This document shows, in pieces, positions 35,417-44,783 of a stretch of 64,000 nt of DNA (position 1 is its first letter; every line of letters begins with the position of its first letter). Location of the stretch: assembly GCA_034670305.1 (NCBI GenBank), contig JAXMNT010000017.1, positions 1 through 64,000 of the forward strand. Direction: 5' to 3'. The translations under genes were made by a program, and so were the position numbers. The stretch is from Deltaproteobacteria bacterium. Its GTDB lineage: Bacteria > Myxococcota_A > Polyangia > Polyangiales > Houyiibacteriaceae. The notes under the pieces are model-generated. The model was given only the letters and a program-made list of their open reading frames with translations, searched no databases and had not been told where the DNA came from.

Positions 35417-35982
35417 CGGTCGAAGACCAAACTCGCGCGCACCGTGACCGAGAGGTACACGGGGTCGATGCCGTTGGCAGCGAGTGAGAACGGCAGCACG
35501 TACGGCCGCACCGCGATGCCAAACGCCCAGTCGCGGTTCGGCAGCCAGTCGATCCCGAGCACCGCGTGCAGGCCGATGTCCGCGCCGAACGCCCCGTCCC
35601 GGATCGTCGCGATGCCGTCCACCCCGAGCCCGAAGAACGGGACGATCTCGAGGATGTCGAGCAGGTAGACGACCTCGACGCCAGCGATGCCGATGTGGAG
35701 GTTCGTGGTCCGGGCCGGGTGCAGCACGTAGGCCAGCCGCGGCCGGATCGACCACGCGTCGCCGACGCCGATGTCGACCACCACGCCAAGGTCGAACCCG
35801 TGGGCGGGGAGGGCGTCGTTTGCGAGCACCACCCCGTAGCCGGCTTCGACACCGACGGTGACCTGGTCTTCGTAGGCGTGGGCCTCCGAAGGCAGGGCGC
35901 CTTGGACCAGCAGGGCCAGCGCGGCCGCTGCCAGTGCGAGGCCCGCCCCCGGGATCGAGGACGCCGAGGGTGGAAGCCGCAT
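35413..35982 (-). CDS. Putative outer-membrane beta-barrel protein
   Basis: Signal peptide ending AHA; alternating beta-strand pattern; aromatic residue near the C-terminus. Confidence 0.65.
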   Translation of the reverse strand: MRLPPSASSIPGAGLALAAAALALLVQGALPSEAHAYEDQVTVGVEAGYGVVLANDALPAHGFDLGVVVDIGVGDAWSIRPRLAYVLHPARTTNLHIGIAGVEVVYLLDILEIVPFFGLGVDGIATIRDGAFGADIGLHAVLGIDWLPNRDWAFGIAVRPYVLPFSLAANGIDPVYLSVTVRASLVFDR

Positions 35983-36077
35983 CACCCGATCGATGTAGCA
36001 GGCTGCCGAGAACCGGCCACGTCGTGGGTGCCTCGCCCTGCTTGCCCTTGCCCTTGCCCTCAGTGGTCGAGAGCGCT

Positions 36078-36203
36078 GTCAAGCGCCGAAGACCGTCAAG
36101 TGCACAGCACTTTGCGCGAAGCGAAGTTGGGGAGGAGGCCTGCGGGGCTGTGCCCCGCAGGCCGGAGGGGGATGCGCCCATCCCCCTCGGACAACAAACG
36201 TCC
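36078..36203 (+). repeat. 125-bp hairpin-rich dispersed repeat, copy C
   Basis: Inverted near-copy of 14382-14505; perfect stem GGCCTGCGGGGC-TGT-GCCCCGCAGGCC. Confidence 0.85.
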
Positions 36204-36317
36204 GAACTTGGCCCGCCGAACTTCCTCACGCGCCGGCGGGAACGTCGCCGGCCGGAGCGCGGCCGGCCGGAACGCGGCCGGGCCGGAACATCGGCGCCGC
36301 CACTGTGTCGGAGGTTC

Positions 36318-37256
36318 ATGACCCCTGCGCCCGTCCTGTATGCTCGCCGCGTCATGCCGCAATCCCCCGCTCCCCTCCGCACCACCCACTCGGCACCCCT
36401 GCTGGCACTCGTGCCGATGTGCGCCGCGATGCTGCTCTCGGCCGCGTGCGGTCCGGAGGGTGCGCCAGCGACGCAGCGGACCATCCTCCAAGAGGACATT
36501 CCCCGCATCAAGGAGATGCTCGAACAGGACCGCCACAAGCACCGCGCCGGCATTCGCGAAGCCGCCCGCATGTTGCGACGCGGCTTTCTCGTCGAAGACT
36601 CGGAGACCCGCGAGCGCCAGATGCGGGTCGCCCTCCGGCGCATCCAGCAACCTGCGGCGCGCGGCAGCGTCTCTCAGTTCATCTCGTCGCCGATGTCGTT
36701 CCTCGCGGCGATCGATACCGACGGCGTGGTCATCGCGCGCGACAGCGAGAACGACCAGATGCGCGGCCTCCCGTTCGGCGAACGGTACCCCACCGTCGCC
36801 GCCGCGCTGAGCGAGGGGACCGAAGGCCGCGAGATCGGCGAGTTCCCCTCGCTCGAAGAGGGCGAGCCGCCCTCGTATTCGATCCTCTTCACCGCCCCGG
36901 TCGTGAACCGCGGCGAGCGCGTCGGCGCGGTCGTGGCCGGCATCCCGCTCTGGCGCGAGGCGCAGCGGTTGAGCAACCAGATGCGGATCGACCACGCGAG
37001 CGAGATCCAGGACGGCCTCATCGTCTGGGTCTACGTCTACAAAGCCGACCGCGTCTTCTACGGCCCCGACACCCCGCCCGAGGTCAACGACATCGTCCCC
37101 GACCACGCCGCCCGCACCGCAGGCCTCGCCGCCAGCCCCGGCGGCTTCACCGGCGACCTCCAACTCCATGGCCGCTGGTACGGCTACGCCGTCGTCCCCG
37201 TCCCATCCCTCGGCGAAGACATCGGCGTCGTCATGATGCGCTCCGACCCTCAGTAG
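36318..37256 (+). CDS. Lipoprotein with a Cache-like domain
   Basis: LSAAC lipobox; AIDTDGVVIARD and TAPV...G.VGAVV resemble Cache/PAS-like folds; alternative start at 36354. Confidence 0.65.
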   Translation: MTPAPVLYARRVMPQSPAPLRTTHSAPLLALVPMCAAMLLSAACGPEGAPATQRTILQEDIPRIKEMLEQDRHKHRAGIREAARMLRRGFLVEDSETRERQMRVALRRIQQPAARGSVSQFISSPMSFLAAIDTDGVVIARDSENDQMRGLPFGERYPTVAAALSEGTEGREIGEFPSLEEGEPPSYSILFTAPVVNRGERVGAVVAGIPLWREAQRLSNQMRIDHASEIQDGLIVWVYVYKADRVFYGPDTPPEVNDIVPDHAARTAGLAASPGGFTGDLQLHGRWYGYAVVPVPSLGEDIGVVMMRSDPQ

Positions 37257-37269
37257 GCATCCGACGGGA

Positions 37270-37569
37270 CCGGCGTCGGATTCGGCATCGGGATCGGCTT
37301 CGGGATCGGGATCGGCTTCGGGATCGGATTCGGGGTCGGATTCGGGATCGGCTTCGGGGTCGGATTCGGCGTCGGCTTCGGGATCGGATTCGGGATCGGA
37401 TTCGGGATCGGATTCGGGATCGGATTCGGGATCGGGATCGGATTCGGGATCGGGATCGGGATCGGCTGATCCAAGGGCAAGGGCAGGGGCAAGGGCAGGG
37501 GCAAGGGCTGCACTCAAGGGCAGGGGCAAGGGCAAGGGCAAGGGAAGGTCTGCCCGCAAGGGCAAGGGC
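37270..37569 (-). repeat. Composite array: on + strand (CGGGAT/CGGATT/CGGCTT)n then (GGGCAA/GGGCAG)n
   Basis: Visible tandem repeats, opposite orientation to most other arrays. Confidence 0.95.
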
Positions 37570-37578
37570 CGCTTCGCC

Positions 37579-38628
37579 GTGTCAGACTCGCGCATGCCCG
37601 CGGTGCCTCCCGGCTGCGATCCCGAATCGATCGTGCTCACGTTCTCCGTTGCGCGCGAGCACGCGGGGTTGCGGCTCGATCGGTTCCTGCAGATCAAGAT
37701 CCCCCGCCTCTCGCGGACCCGGGCGAACGCCATCGTGAAGGCGTGTGCGCACCACCCAGACGGGCGCCGCCGCCGTGCGAGCGAGCGGGTGCGGGCCGGG
37801 GAGACGGTGATGATCATCCGCCCGCCGATGGACGAACCGCCGACGCCGCAGTTCTACAAGGTGCTCTACGAGGACGAGGATGTGCTCGTCGTCGACAAGC
37901 CAAGCGGTTTGCCCATGCACCCGACGGCGACCTACCACCGCAACACGCTCTCGCACTTGCTGGCCGAGGACTTCGGCGATCATCCGCCGCAGTTCGCGCA
38001 TCGGCTGGACCGCGAGACGAGCGGCATCGTGGTGTGCGCCAAACACCGGGCGGGCGAGATCGAGATGAAAAAAGCGTTCGAGCGGCGCGAGGTCGGCAAG
38101 CGGTATCTGGCGATCGTGCGCGGAGATCTTCAGCCGAGCGAAGGCACCATCGACGCGCCGATGGCCTCCGCGGACGAAGGCCCGCACGTCTGTATGGCTG
38201 TGCACGAGGACGGGGTGCCGGCCGTGACCGAGTACCGGGTACTCGAACGCAAACCCGGCGCGGCGCTCATCGATCTGCATCCCGAGACCGGGCGGCAACA
38301 TCAACTCCGGGTGCATCTGGCCCACCGAGGCTGCCCGATCATCGGCGACAAACTCTACGGTCCGGACCGGCACCAGCCCTTCCTCGATCTCATCGAAGAG
38401 GGGTGGACCGACGCGACCTTGAAGCGGCTCGGGCACCCGCGGCATGCGCTGCACGCCGCGCATCTGGAGATCTTGCACCCCCGCACCGGCGCGCTGCTTT
38501 CGGTCGATGCGCCGCTGCCCTGGGACCTGCAGCAGTTGTGGGAGAACCCGGCCGCGGCCCTCGACGGCGCAGCGGTCTGCCAGCCCGAAGACCTCCTGGT
38601 GCACCCAGCCGTTCGCACGGAAGCATGA
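37579..38628 (+). CDS. RluA-family RNA pseudouridine synthase
   Basis: S4-like N-terminus, VDKPSGL, HRLDRETSG, TGRQHQLRVH and IIGDKLYG motifs. Confidence 0.95.
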   Translation: MSDSRMPAVPPGCDPESIVLTFSVAREHAGLRLDRFLQIKIPRLSRTRANAIVKACAHHPDGRRRRASERVRAGETVMIIRPPMDEPPTPQFYKVLYEDEDVLVVDKPSGLPMHPTATYHRNTLSHLLAEDFGDHPPQFAHRLDRETSGIVVCAKHRAGEIEMKKAFERREVGKRYLAIVRGDLQPSEGTIDAPMASADEGPHVCMAVHEDGVPAVTEYRVLERKPGAALIDLHPETGRQHQLRVHLAHRGCPIIGDKLYGPDRHQPFLDLIEEGWTDATLKRLGHPRHALHAAHLEILHPRTGALLSVDAPLPWDLQQLWENPAAALDGAAVCQPEDLLVHPAVRTEA

Positions 38629-38682
38629 GCCCTGCGGAAGCCGGGCGGACACCGTGGGGGAGTGCTGCTACAACGCGCGTCG

Positions 38683-39267
38683 ATGCGTTCGATTGGAAGT
38701 TGTCTCCTCGTCCTCTGTCTCTTTCACTGCGGTGGGAGCGCCCCTGCCGAGGTCGTCGGCTCGCCGCTGACCGCAGAGGACATCCAGTACTTCGAGGACG
38801 GGATCGATCTCGTCGAAGACCCTGAATCGCTCGAAGGGGAGTGGCGCCGACAGTGGTCGACCGAGCTCGACCAGCGGGTCCAGCGCGCCGACGTGGTCGC
38901 GTACGTGCGGGTGCGGACCGTGCGCACGGACACCGACCTCGACCGCCGGACCACCTATCGGATCCTGGTCGAGAGCGAGCGCGATCTGGTCGGTGAGTTG
39001 CCCGAGGAGGGTGTCGAGCTGCGTTCGCGCGAAGGCGAGGTGGGCTTTGGCACCATCGACGGGAACGAACAGCGCATTCTCGAGAAGCCATTCGTCCTGT
39101 TCCTCAAATGGGACCGCCCCACCGGCGCGGCCACCGCGACCCCACGCTTTCATCTCTCGCCGCACGTCGAGCAGGTCACCACCCGAACCGAGTACCTCCT
39201 GGAACGCCGCCGCGACGTGCACACCCGCCCACAGGGCACGGTGATCGTCCACACCCAGAGCGACTGA
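38683..39267 (+). CDS. Hypothetical lipoprotein
   Basis: Hydrophobic signal followed by HCGG. Confidence 0.7.
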   Translation: MRSIGSCLLVLCLFHCGGSAPAEVVGSPLTAEDIQYFEDGIDLVEDPESLEGEWRRQWSTELDQRVQRADVVAYVRVRTVRTDTDLDRRTTYRILVESERDLVGELPEEGVELRSREGEVGFGTIDGNEQRILEKPFVLFLKWDRPTGAATATPRFHLSPHVEQVTTRTEYLLERRRDVHTRPQGTVIVHTQSD

Positions 39268-39377
39268 ACGGCTTGCCAGGACGGGCCTGCGCCGCTGGGT
39301 GTGCGTGGCCTTGAGGGGGTTCTCCCTCTGATAAGAAGTTTGAAACTTGGGGCGCGGACGGGCATCTTGGCTACCAG

Positions 39378-40490
39378 TTGCAAGATCTGGCTCCAGAGCG
39401 TCGGACGCGGCGAATCGGGCGGTACCACCTCACCGATCGCATCGCCTTCGGAGGCATGGCGGAGGTGTTCCGCGGGTTCACGTTCTCCGACGATGGGTTC
39501 CGGACCGACGTCGCGATCAAGAAGCTCCTCTCGCACTACGTGGAGGACAAGAACTTCGTGACGATGCTGACCGACGAGTACCGGCTCGTCAGTCGGATGG
39601 AGCATGCGAACGTCGCGGAGGTCTACGAACTCGTCAGCATCGAGGACACGATCCTCATCGCGATGGAGTTCGTCGACGGCAAGGACCTGCGCACCACCGT
39701 CGAGAAGGGCCGACGCTCGGAAGACCGGCTCGGCTACTCCGACGTCGCGTACATCATGGCGTGCGCGCTCGATGGGCTGCACCACGCGCACGAAGCGGTG
39801 GACGAACGGGGCGAGGGGCTGGCGGTCGTACACCGGGACTTCTCGCCTTCGAACGTGCTGATCGCGTACGACGGCGCGGTGAAGATGTGCGACTTCGGCA
39901 TCGCCAAAGCGCGGCACAACCGCATCCAGACCAAGACCGGCATCATCAAGGGCAAGGTCAAGTACATGTCGCCGGAGCAAGCCTTCGGTCACAAACTCGA
40001 CCGCCGCAGCGACGTGTTCAGTGCGGGCAGCGTGCTCTACGAACTGTGCACCGGGCGGCAGCCGTTCCGGGCGAAGACCGAGATCGATCTCATCTTCGAG
40101 GTGCGCGACGCCAATCCGATCCCCGCACACGATGTGAACCCGGATCTGCCGCCGCTCTTGGCCGAGATCATCAACCGCTCGATGGCCCGCTCACGCAAAG
40201 CGCGTTTTCAGACCTCGCTCGAGTTCCGCGACGCGCTCGTTCGGTTTCTGAAGAGCTACGCCCCGGACTATCGGCGCACCCGTCTGGCCCGCTACATGAA
40301 GCGGGTCTGGGCGACCGAGATCGAAGAAGAGCTGCGCACCCTCGAAGAGTGGGCGATCGACCTCGAAGCGGTCGAACAAGAGATCGACCTCGGCCAGAAC
40401 CTGCTCGCGGCCGAACTCGGGCCCGACGCGCAGTACGCCAAGTTCTCCCCCCGCCCGACCCGCATCACCCGCCAACTCCAAAAAGAGTAG
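39378..40490 (+). CDS. Serine/threonine protein kinase (Hanks type)
   Basis: GGMAEVF, VAIKK, HRDFSPSN, DFGIAK, YMSPEQ and SDVFS motifs. Confidence 0.96.
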   Translation: MQDLAPERRTRRIGRYHLTDRIAFGGMAEVFRGFTFSDDGFRTDVAIKKLLSHYVEDKNFVTMLTDEYRLVSRMEHANVAEVYELVSIEDTILIAMEFVDGKDLRTTVEKGRRSEDRLGYSDVAYIMACALDGLHHAHEAVDERGEGLAVVHRDFSPSNVLIAYDGAVKMCDFGIAKARHNRIQTKTGIIKGKVKYMSPEQAFGHKLDRRSDVFSAGSVLYELCTGRQPFRAKTEIDLIFEVRDANPIPAHDVNPDLPPLLAEIINRSMARSRKARFQTSLEFRDALVRFLKSYAPDYRRTRLARYMKRVWATEIEEELRTLEEWAIDLEAVEQEIDLGQNLLAAELGPDAQYAKFSPRPTRITRQLQKE

Positions 40491-40642
40491 CGGGCGCCAG
40501 CAGACTGTTTGCACAGGCTGCAGCGGTTGTGAGCCCCCGGCAGTGCAACGGCAGCGTGGCGGACAACCTGTGGAAGATCGCGACGCGGGCAACGAACCCA
40601 AACCGACTGACCGGCCCAACGCGCCTCCCACGTGGCGCGCTT

Positions 40643-41320
40643 CTACCTCGAGCGGACGTCGAGGTAGGGGTGGGTGTGTTCGTCGAGCGCGAGGGGTGAG
40701 CTGACGAGCAACGGCTGGTCCGGCCCGCCGGCGCCAAGGCCCACGTAGACCACCTCGCCGCGGTGGTCGCGCAACAGAGGGGTCAGGTCGATGCGGACCG
40801 GATCACCCGCGCGTGGCATCACACGGCGGGCGTGGCCTCGCGCTCGAACCCGAGGCGCCGTCTGTCGGTCCAGTTCGGCGCCCGCGAAGGCCGCGGACCG
40901 AAAGGGCAACAGCCGCGTGTGCACCGAGGGTGGCTCGCCGGCCGCGAACATGGTGAGCACCGCTTCGACGAGATCGCGATCCGGCAACCGAAACGCGAGG
41001 TGAACGCGGCCCTTCACCGAGCCGCCGAGCAACCACCGATCGACGTCGCGCAATGAAGCACCGCGTGCGTCGGCGCGGGTGGCGCCCCAGTCGACCGGTG
41101 GCAGCCGGTCCGCCTGCGCGAAGCGGAAACCGTCGCGCTCTGCGAGCGGTCCACACACGCCGCTCAAGCTGCATCGGCTGCCGGTGGGGCAGGCGCCTTC
41201 CGCGCACCCTTCGGGTCCCGTGCAACCGGCGGATGCCCCGAGGATCACGGCGCATGCGGCCCAGTGGGCGAGGCTTTGGCCGCGTGCGAGGGTGGGGCGA
41301 TGTTCGTGTGTTCTCGTCAT
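40643..41320 (-). CDS. Hypothetical lipoprotein with a Cys-rich N-terminal module
   Basis: SAGC lipobox; C..G.CP.G..C...G.C. Confidence 0.65.
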   Translation of the reverse strand: MTRTHEHRPTLARGQSLAHWAACAVILGASAGCTGPEGCAEGACPTGSRCSLSGVCGPLAERDGFRFAQADRLPPVDWGATRADARGASLRDVDRWLLGGSVKGRVHLAFRLPDRDLVEAVLTMFAAGEPPSVHTRLLPFRSAAFAGAELDRQTAPRVRARGHARRVMPRAGDPVRIDLTPLLRDHRGEVVYVGLGAGGPDQPLLVSSPLALDEHTHPYLDVRSR

Positions 41321-41401
41321 GGATGAGACGGGACAACCTGCGCGCAAAGCATACACTATGCTTGGCCAGCAGATGTTCGATGAACCTGGAGTGTGGTGGT
41401 G

Positions 41402-41950
41402 ATGCGATTCGTTGCGAGTGCGTGTGTGCTGTGTCTCTTCGGAGCGTGCGGGGATGCGCGAACGGCCACCCAGGCCGGCGAGCGCGCCGGGGCGTTGATC
41501 GCGGAGGCGGCCGAAGCTGCAGAAGCCGTGGAGGTGCCCGAGCAAGAGCCATCGGTGGATCCCGAGCCAAGCACGGAAGCCGACGTGCCCTCCGGTCCAA
41601 GCGCCCGTGACGAGACGTACGTCGCGCACGCCATCCCCGTCGAAGCCGGCTACGCGGCGGGCTCGCTCTCGACCTTCGCGGTCTCGATCGAGTCGCAGGG
41701 CGAGTGGCACCTCAACGAACTCTTCCCGTTCTCGCTCGCGGTGGAAGGCGAGGGACTGAACTTCCCGAAGGACACGCTCGCCCAGACGGATGCAGCCGAG
41801 TGGTCGGAGGAGTCGGCGCGGTTCGACGTGCCCTTCACGCCTGTCGCGGGAGAACACGAAGTGCGGGCGACCGTGCGCTTTGCCATGTGCAACCCGACCT
41901 CCTGCGTCCCGAAGACCGCCGAGCTGGCGCTGAACCTCGCGGCGCGCTGA
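41402..41950 (+). CDS. Lipoprotein with a DsbD-N-like Ig domain
   Basis: FGAC lipobox; WHLN..FP and C-terminal MCNPTSC pattern. Confidence 0.6.
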   Translation: MRFVASACVLCLFGACGDARTATQAGERAGALIAEAAEAAEAVEVPEQEPSVDPEPSTEADVPSGPSARDETYVAHAIPVEAGYAAGSLSTFAVSIESQGEWHLNELFPFSLAVEGEGLNFPKDTLAQTDAAEWSEESARFDVPFTPVAGEHEVRATVRFAMCNPTSCVPKTAELALNLAAR

Positions 41951-41953
41951 ACG

Positions 41954-44191
41954 GTGGACATCGACGCCGAACTGGAGAAAGCACGGGCCGCGGTCCGGGA
42001 ACGTTTCGTCGCCGAGAAACGGGTGCTCTCGTTCCGCGAGTTCCTCGAACTCGTCTCCGCGGCACCGGCGCGGCACACCCGCGATGCGTCGCGCTACCTG
42101 CTGGACTGTTTCGAGCACTACGGCTCGTACGAAGTCGCGCGTCCATGGGGCAAGGTGCGTCGCTGGAAACTCTTCGACCTGGCGTTCGACCCCGAACACG
42201 CGGCGCCGAACCGCAGCGACCAACTCATCGGCCAGGAGATCCTGCAGAACGCGGTGTACCGGGCGCTGCAGGGGTTTCGGCGGGAGGGCCGGAGCGACAA
42301 GTTGCTCCTGCTGCACGGACCGAACGGCAGCGCGAAGTCGACGTTCGCCGCGTGTTTGATGCGCGGGCTCGAGGCGTACTCGAGCACCGAAGACGGAGCG
42401 CGCTACCGCTTCTCGTGGATCTTCCCGCGTGGTTCAGACGGCAAGGGCATCGGGTTCAGCACCAAAGGGGACGGCCCGGCACCGGGCGACACCTACGCGC
42501 ATCTCCCTGAGGAGCGCATCGACGCGAAGCTCACCAGCGAGATCCGAGAACATCCACTCTTGCTTCTCCCTCTCGGCGAACGGCGCGCGCTGCTCGATCG
42601 CATGTACGGCGAGCGCGGCATCGATCTCTCGCCGCCGGATTGCCTCTACGACGGGGAACTCGGACACAAGAACCGGCTCATTCTCGACGCGTTGCTGACG
42701 GCCTACCGCGGCGACCTCGGCCGGGTGCTGACGCACGTGCAGGTGGAACGTTGGTACGTCTCCCGCCGCTATCGCGCGGGCGCGGTGACCATCGGTCCGG
42801 AGATGGCCGTCGATGCGCGCGAACGCCAGATCACCGCGGACCGTTCTCTCAGTTCCCTCCCGGCCTCGCTTTCGGCGGTGACGCTCTTCGAGTCGTTCGG
42901 GGAACTCGTCGACGCGCAGGGTGGCCTGGTCGAATACAGCGATCTGCTCAAACGCCCGCTCGATGCGTGGCGGTATCTTCTGCTCGCGATCGAGACCGGC
43001 GAGTTGATGCTGCCGATGAGCAACCTGCCGATCGACTCGGTGCTGCTCGCGAGCTCGAACGAGCTTCATCTGCGCGCGTTTCAAGAACATCCGGAGTACC
43101 AATCCTTCCGCGGCCGTCTGATGCCTCTGCGCGTCGCGTACCTGCGGGACTACGTGCAGGAACAAGGCATCTACGACGCGCAGATCGTGCCGCAGGTGCG
43201 AAGCCATGTGGCGCCGCACACGACGTATGTGGCGGGCCTCTGGGCGATCCTCACGCGGCTGCGGCGTGCTCGGCCCGAGCGGTTCGAGCAGGTCGAACTC
43301 GGTCGGCTGGCAGGAGACCTGACGCCGCTCGAGAAGGCGGATCTCTACGCCACGGCGAAGGTGCCTCGCCGATTCGACGAAGAAGAAGCCAAGGTGCTCG
43401 CGGGCGGCATCCGCGACATCTTCGACGAACCCTCGGGCACGCTCGACTACGAAGGGTTGATCGGCGCCTCGCCGCGCGAGATGCGCATGCTGCTGCTCGA
43501 AGCCGCCTCGGACCCGGGCGAAGCATGTCTCTCGCCAGCGTCCTTGCTCGACCGGATCGAGATCTTCTGCGAACGCGACGACTACGCGTTTCTGCGCACC
43601 GAGACCGACCGCGGCTACCACGACGCGCGCGCGTTCGCTCGCATCGCGCGGGAACGCTGGTTGGATCTGGTGGACGACGAACTGCGCACCGCCACGGGGC
43701 TCGTGGATCAGAACCAGTACCGCGAGCTCTTCGATCGCTACGTGACCCATGTGTCGCACGCGCTCGAGAAGGAGCAGGTGCTCAGCCCCATCACCGGCAA
43801 ACACGTCGACCCGGATGAGGATCTGATGGAGAGCGTGGAGTCGATGCTGGGCGCCAAGGACGCAGATACGTTCCGGCGCGAGTTGATGAGCCGCGTGGCG
43901 GCGTGGGCGATCGACCACCCGGACCAGTCGGTCGACTACGAGCTCCTGTTCCCGCGCTTCATCGAGCGGCTCGAAGAGGCCTACTACAATGAACACGCGA
44001 AGCGGATCGCGGAGCTCGGCCGCGATGTGTTGCGTCTGCTGGAAGGCGAGACCCTGCCGATCGCAGACAACGAAGCCGCGGCCGCGACCCGGGCCCGACT
44101 CGAGTCGTTGGGCTACATGGAAGCGAGCCTGCGTGTGGCGCTCGGTGCATTGCTCAAGGCGCGGTACCCGCAGGGGCAGGTGGGCCGATGA
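41954..44191 (+). CDS. prkA: PrkA/YeaG-family AAA+ serine protein kinase
   Basis: LLHGPNGSAKST Walker A, EYSDLLKRP, SFRGR, HVAPH and EG..GASPRE motifs. Confidence 0.9.
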   Translation: MDIDAELEKARAAVRERFVAEKRVLSFREFLELVSAAPARHTRDASRYLLDCFEHYGSYEVARPWGKVRRWKLFDLAFDPEHAAPNRSDQLIGQEILQNAVYRALQGFRREGRSDKLLLLHGPNGSAKSTFAACLMRGLEAYSSTEDGARYRFSWIFPRGSDGKGIGFSTKGDGPAPGDTYAHLPEERIDAKLTSEIREHPLLLLPLGERRALLDRMYGERGIDLSPPDCLYDGELGHKNRLILDALLTAYRGDLGRVLTHVQVERWYVSRRYRAGAVTIGPEMAVDARERQITADRSLSSLPASLSAVTLFESFGELVDAQGGLVEYSDLLKRPLDAWRYLLLAIETGELMLPMSNLPIDSVLLASSNELHLRAFQEHPEYQSFRGRLMPLRVAYLRDYVQEQGIYDAQIVPQVRSHVAPHTTYVAGLWAILTRLRRARPERFEQVELGRLAGDLTPLEKADLYATAKVPRRFDEEEAKVLAGGIRDIFDEPSGTLDYEGLIGASPREMRMLLLEAASDPGEACLSPASLLDRIEIFCERDDYAFLRTETDRGYHDARAFARIARERWLDLVDDELRTATGLVDQNQYRELFDRYVTHVSHALEKEQVLSPITGKHVDPDEDLMESVESMLGAKDADTFRRELMSRVAAWAIDHPDQSVDYELLFPRFIERLEEAYYNEHAKRIAELGRDVLRLLEGETLPIADNEAAAATRARLESLGYMEASLRVALGALLKARYPQGQVGR

Positions 44192-44204
44192 CGCGGAGCC
44201 ACCG

Positions 44205-44522
44205 ATGAGGGCGGACCTCGCGCAGGCGACGTTCCGACAGGTCGAGCACCAGCGGCGGGAAGCGGACGCACCCCATCAGATCTGGGAGTGCGTCGCACCG
44301 CTCGGCCACGTGTTCGGCAAGGTGGAGATCTGGACGGGCGAGACGCAGTGGGGCGTGCGCCTCATCGACAGCGCGCCGGACCTGACCGAACCGGAGCTGC
44401 TCACGGTGGTGTCGAACTTCCTCGTCTGGACGCTGAAGTGCCCCGCCGAGACCGTCGAAGTGGTGCTCGCCCGCAGCTACACCAAACACCTGCTCATCCG
44501 CACCGGCCCCGAGTACGTGTAG
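44205..44522 (+). CDS. Hypothetical protein
   Basis: GGAG RBS; 105 aa; typical codon bias. Confidence 0.7.
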   Translation: MRADLAQATFRQVEHQRREADAPHQIWECVAPLGHVFGKVEIWTGETQWGVRLIDSAPDLTEPELLTVVSNFLVWTLKCPAETVEVVLARSYTKHLLIRTGPEYV

Positions 44523-44580
44523 AGAGCGCCAGCTGCGCTGACGCTTTGAGGGGAAGCGGCGGCCGACGCTGTGGCAGGCG

Positions 44581-44770
44581 GCCGCCGGTGCCGAAGCCGA
44601 TGCCGGTGCCGGTGCCGAAGCCGGTGCCGGTGCCGAAGCCGGTGCCGGTGCCGAAGCCGTAGCCGAAGCCGAAGCCGTAGCCGATGCCGATGCCGAAGCC
44701 GATGCCGAAGCCGATGCCGAAGCCGAAGCCGGTGCCGATGCCGATGCCGAAGCCGATGCCGGTACCGATG
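44581..44770 (+). repeat. Hexamer array (GCCGAA/GCCGAT/GCCGGT/GCCGTA)n
   Basis: Visible tandem repeat between convergent genes. Confidence 0.95.
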
Positions 44771-44783
44771 GCTCAGGTTCCGT

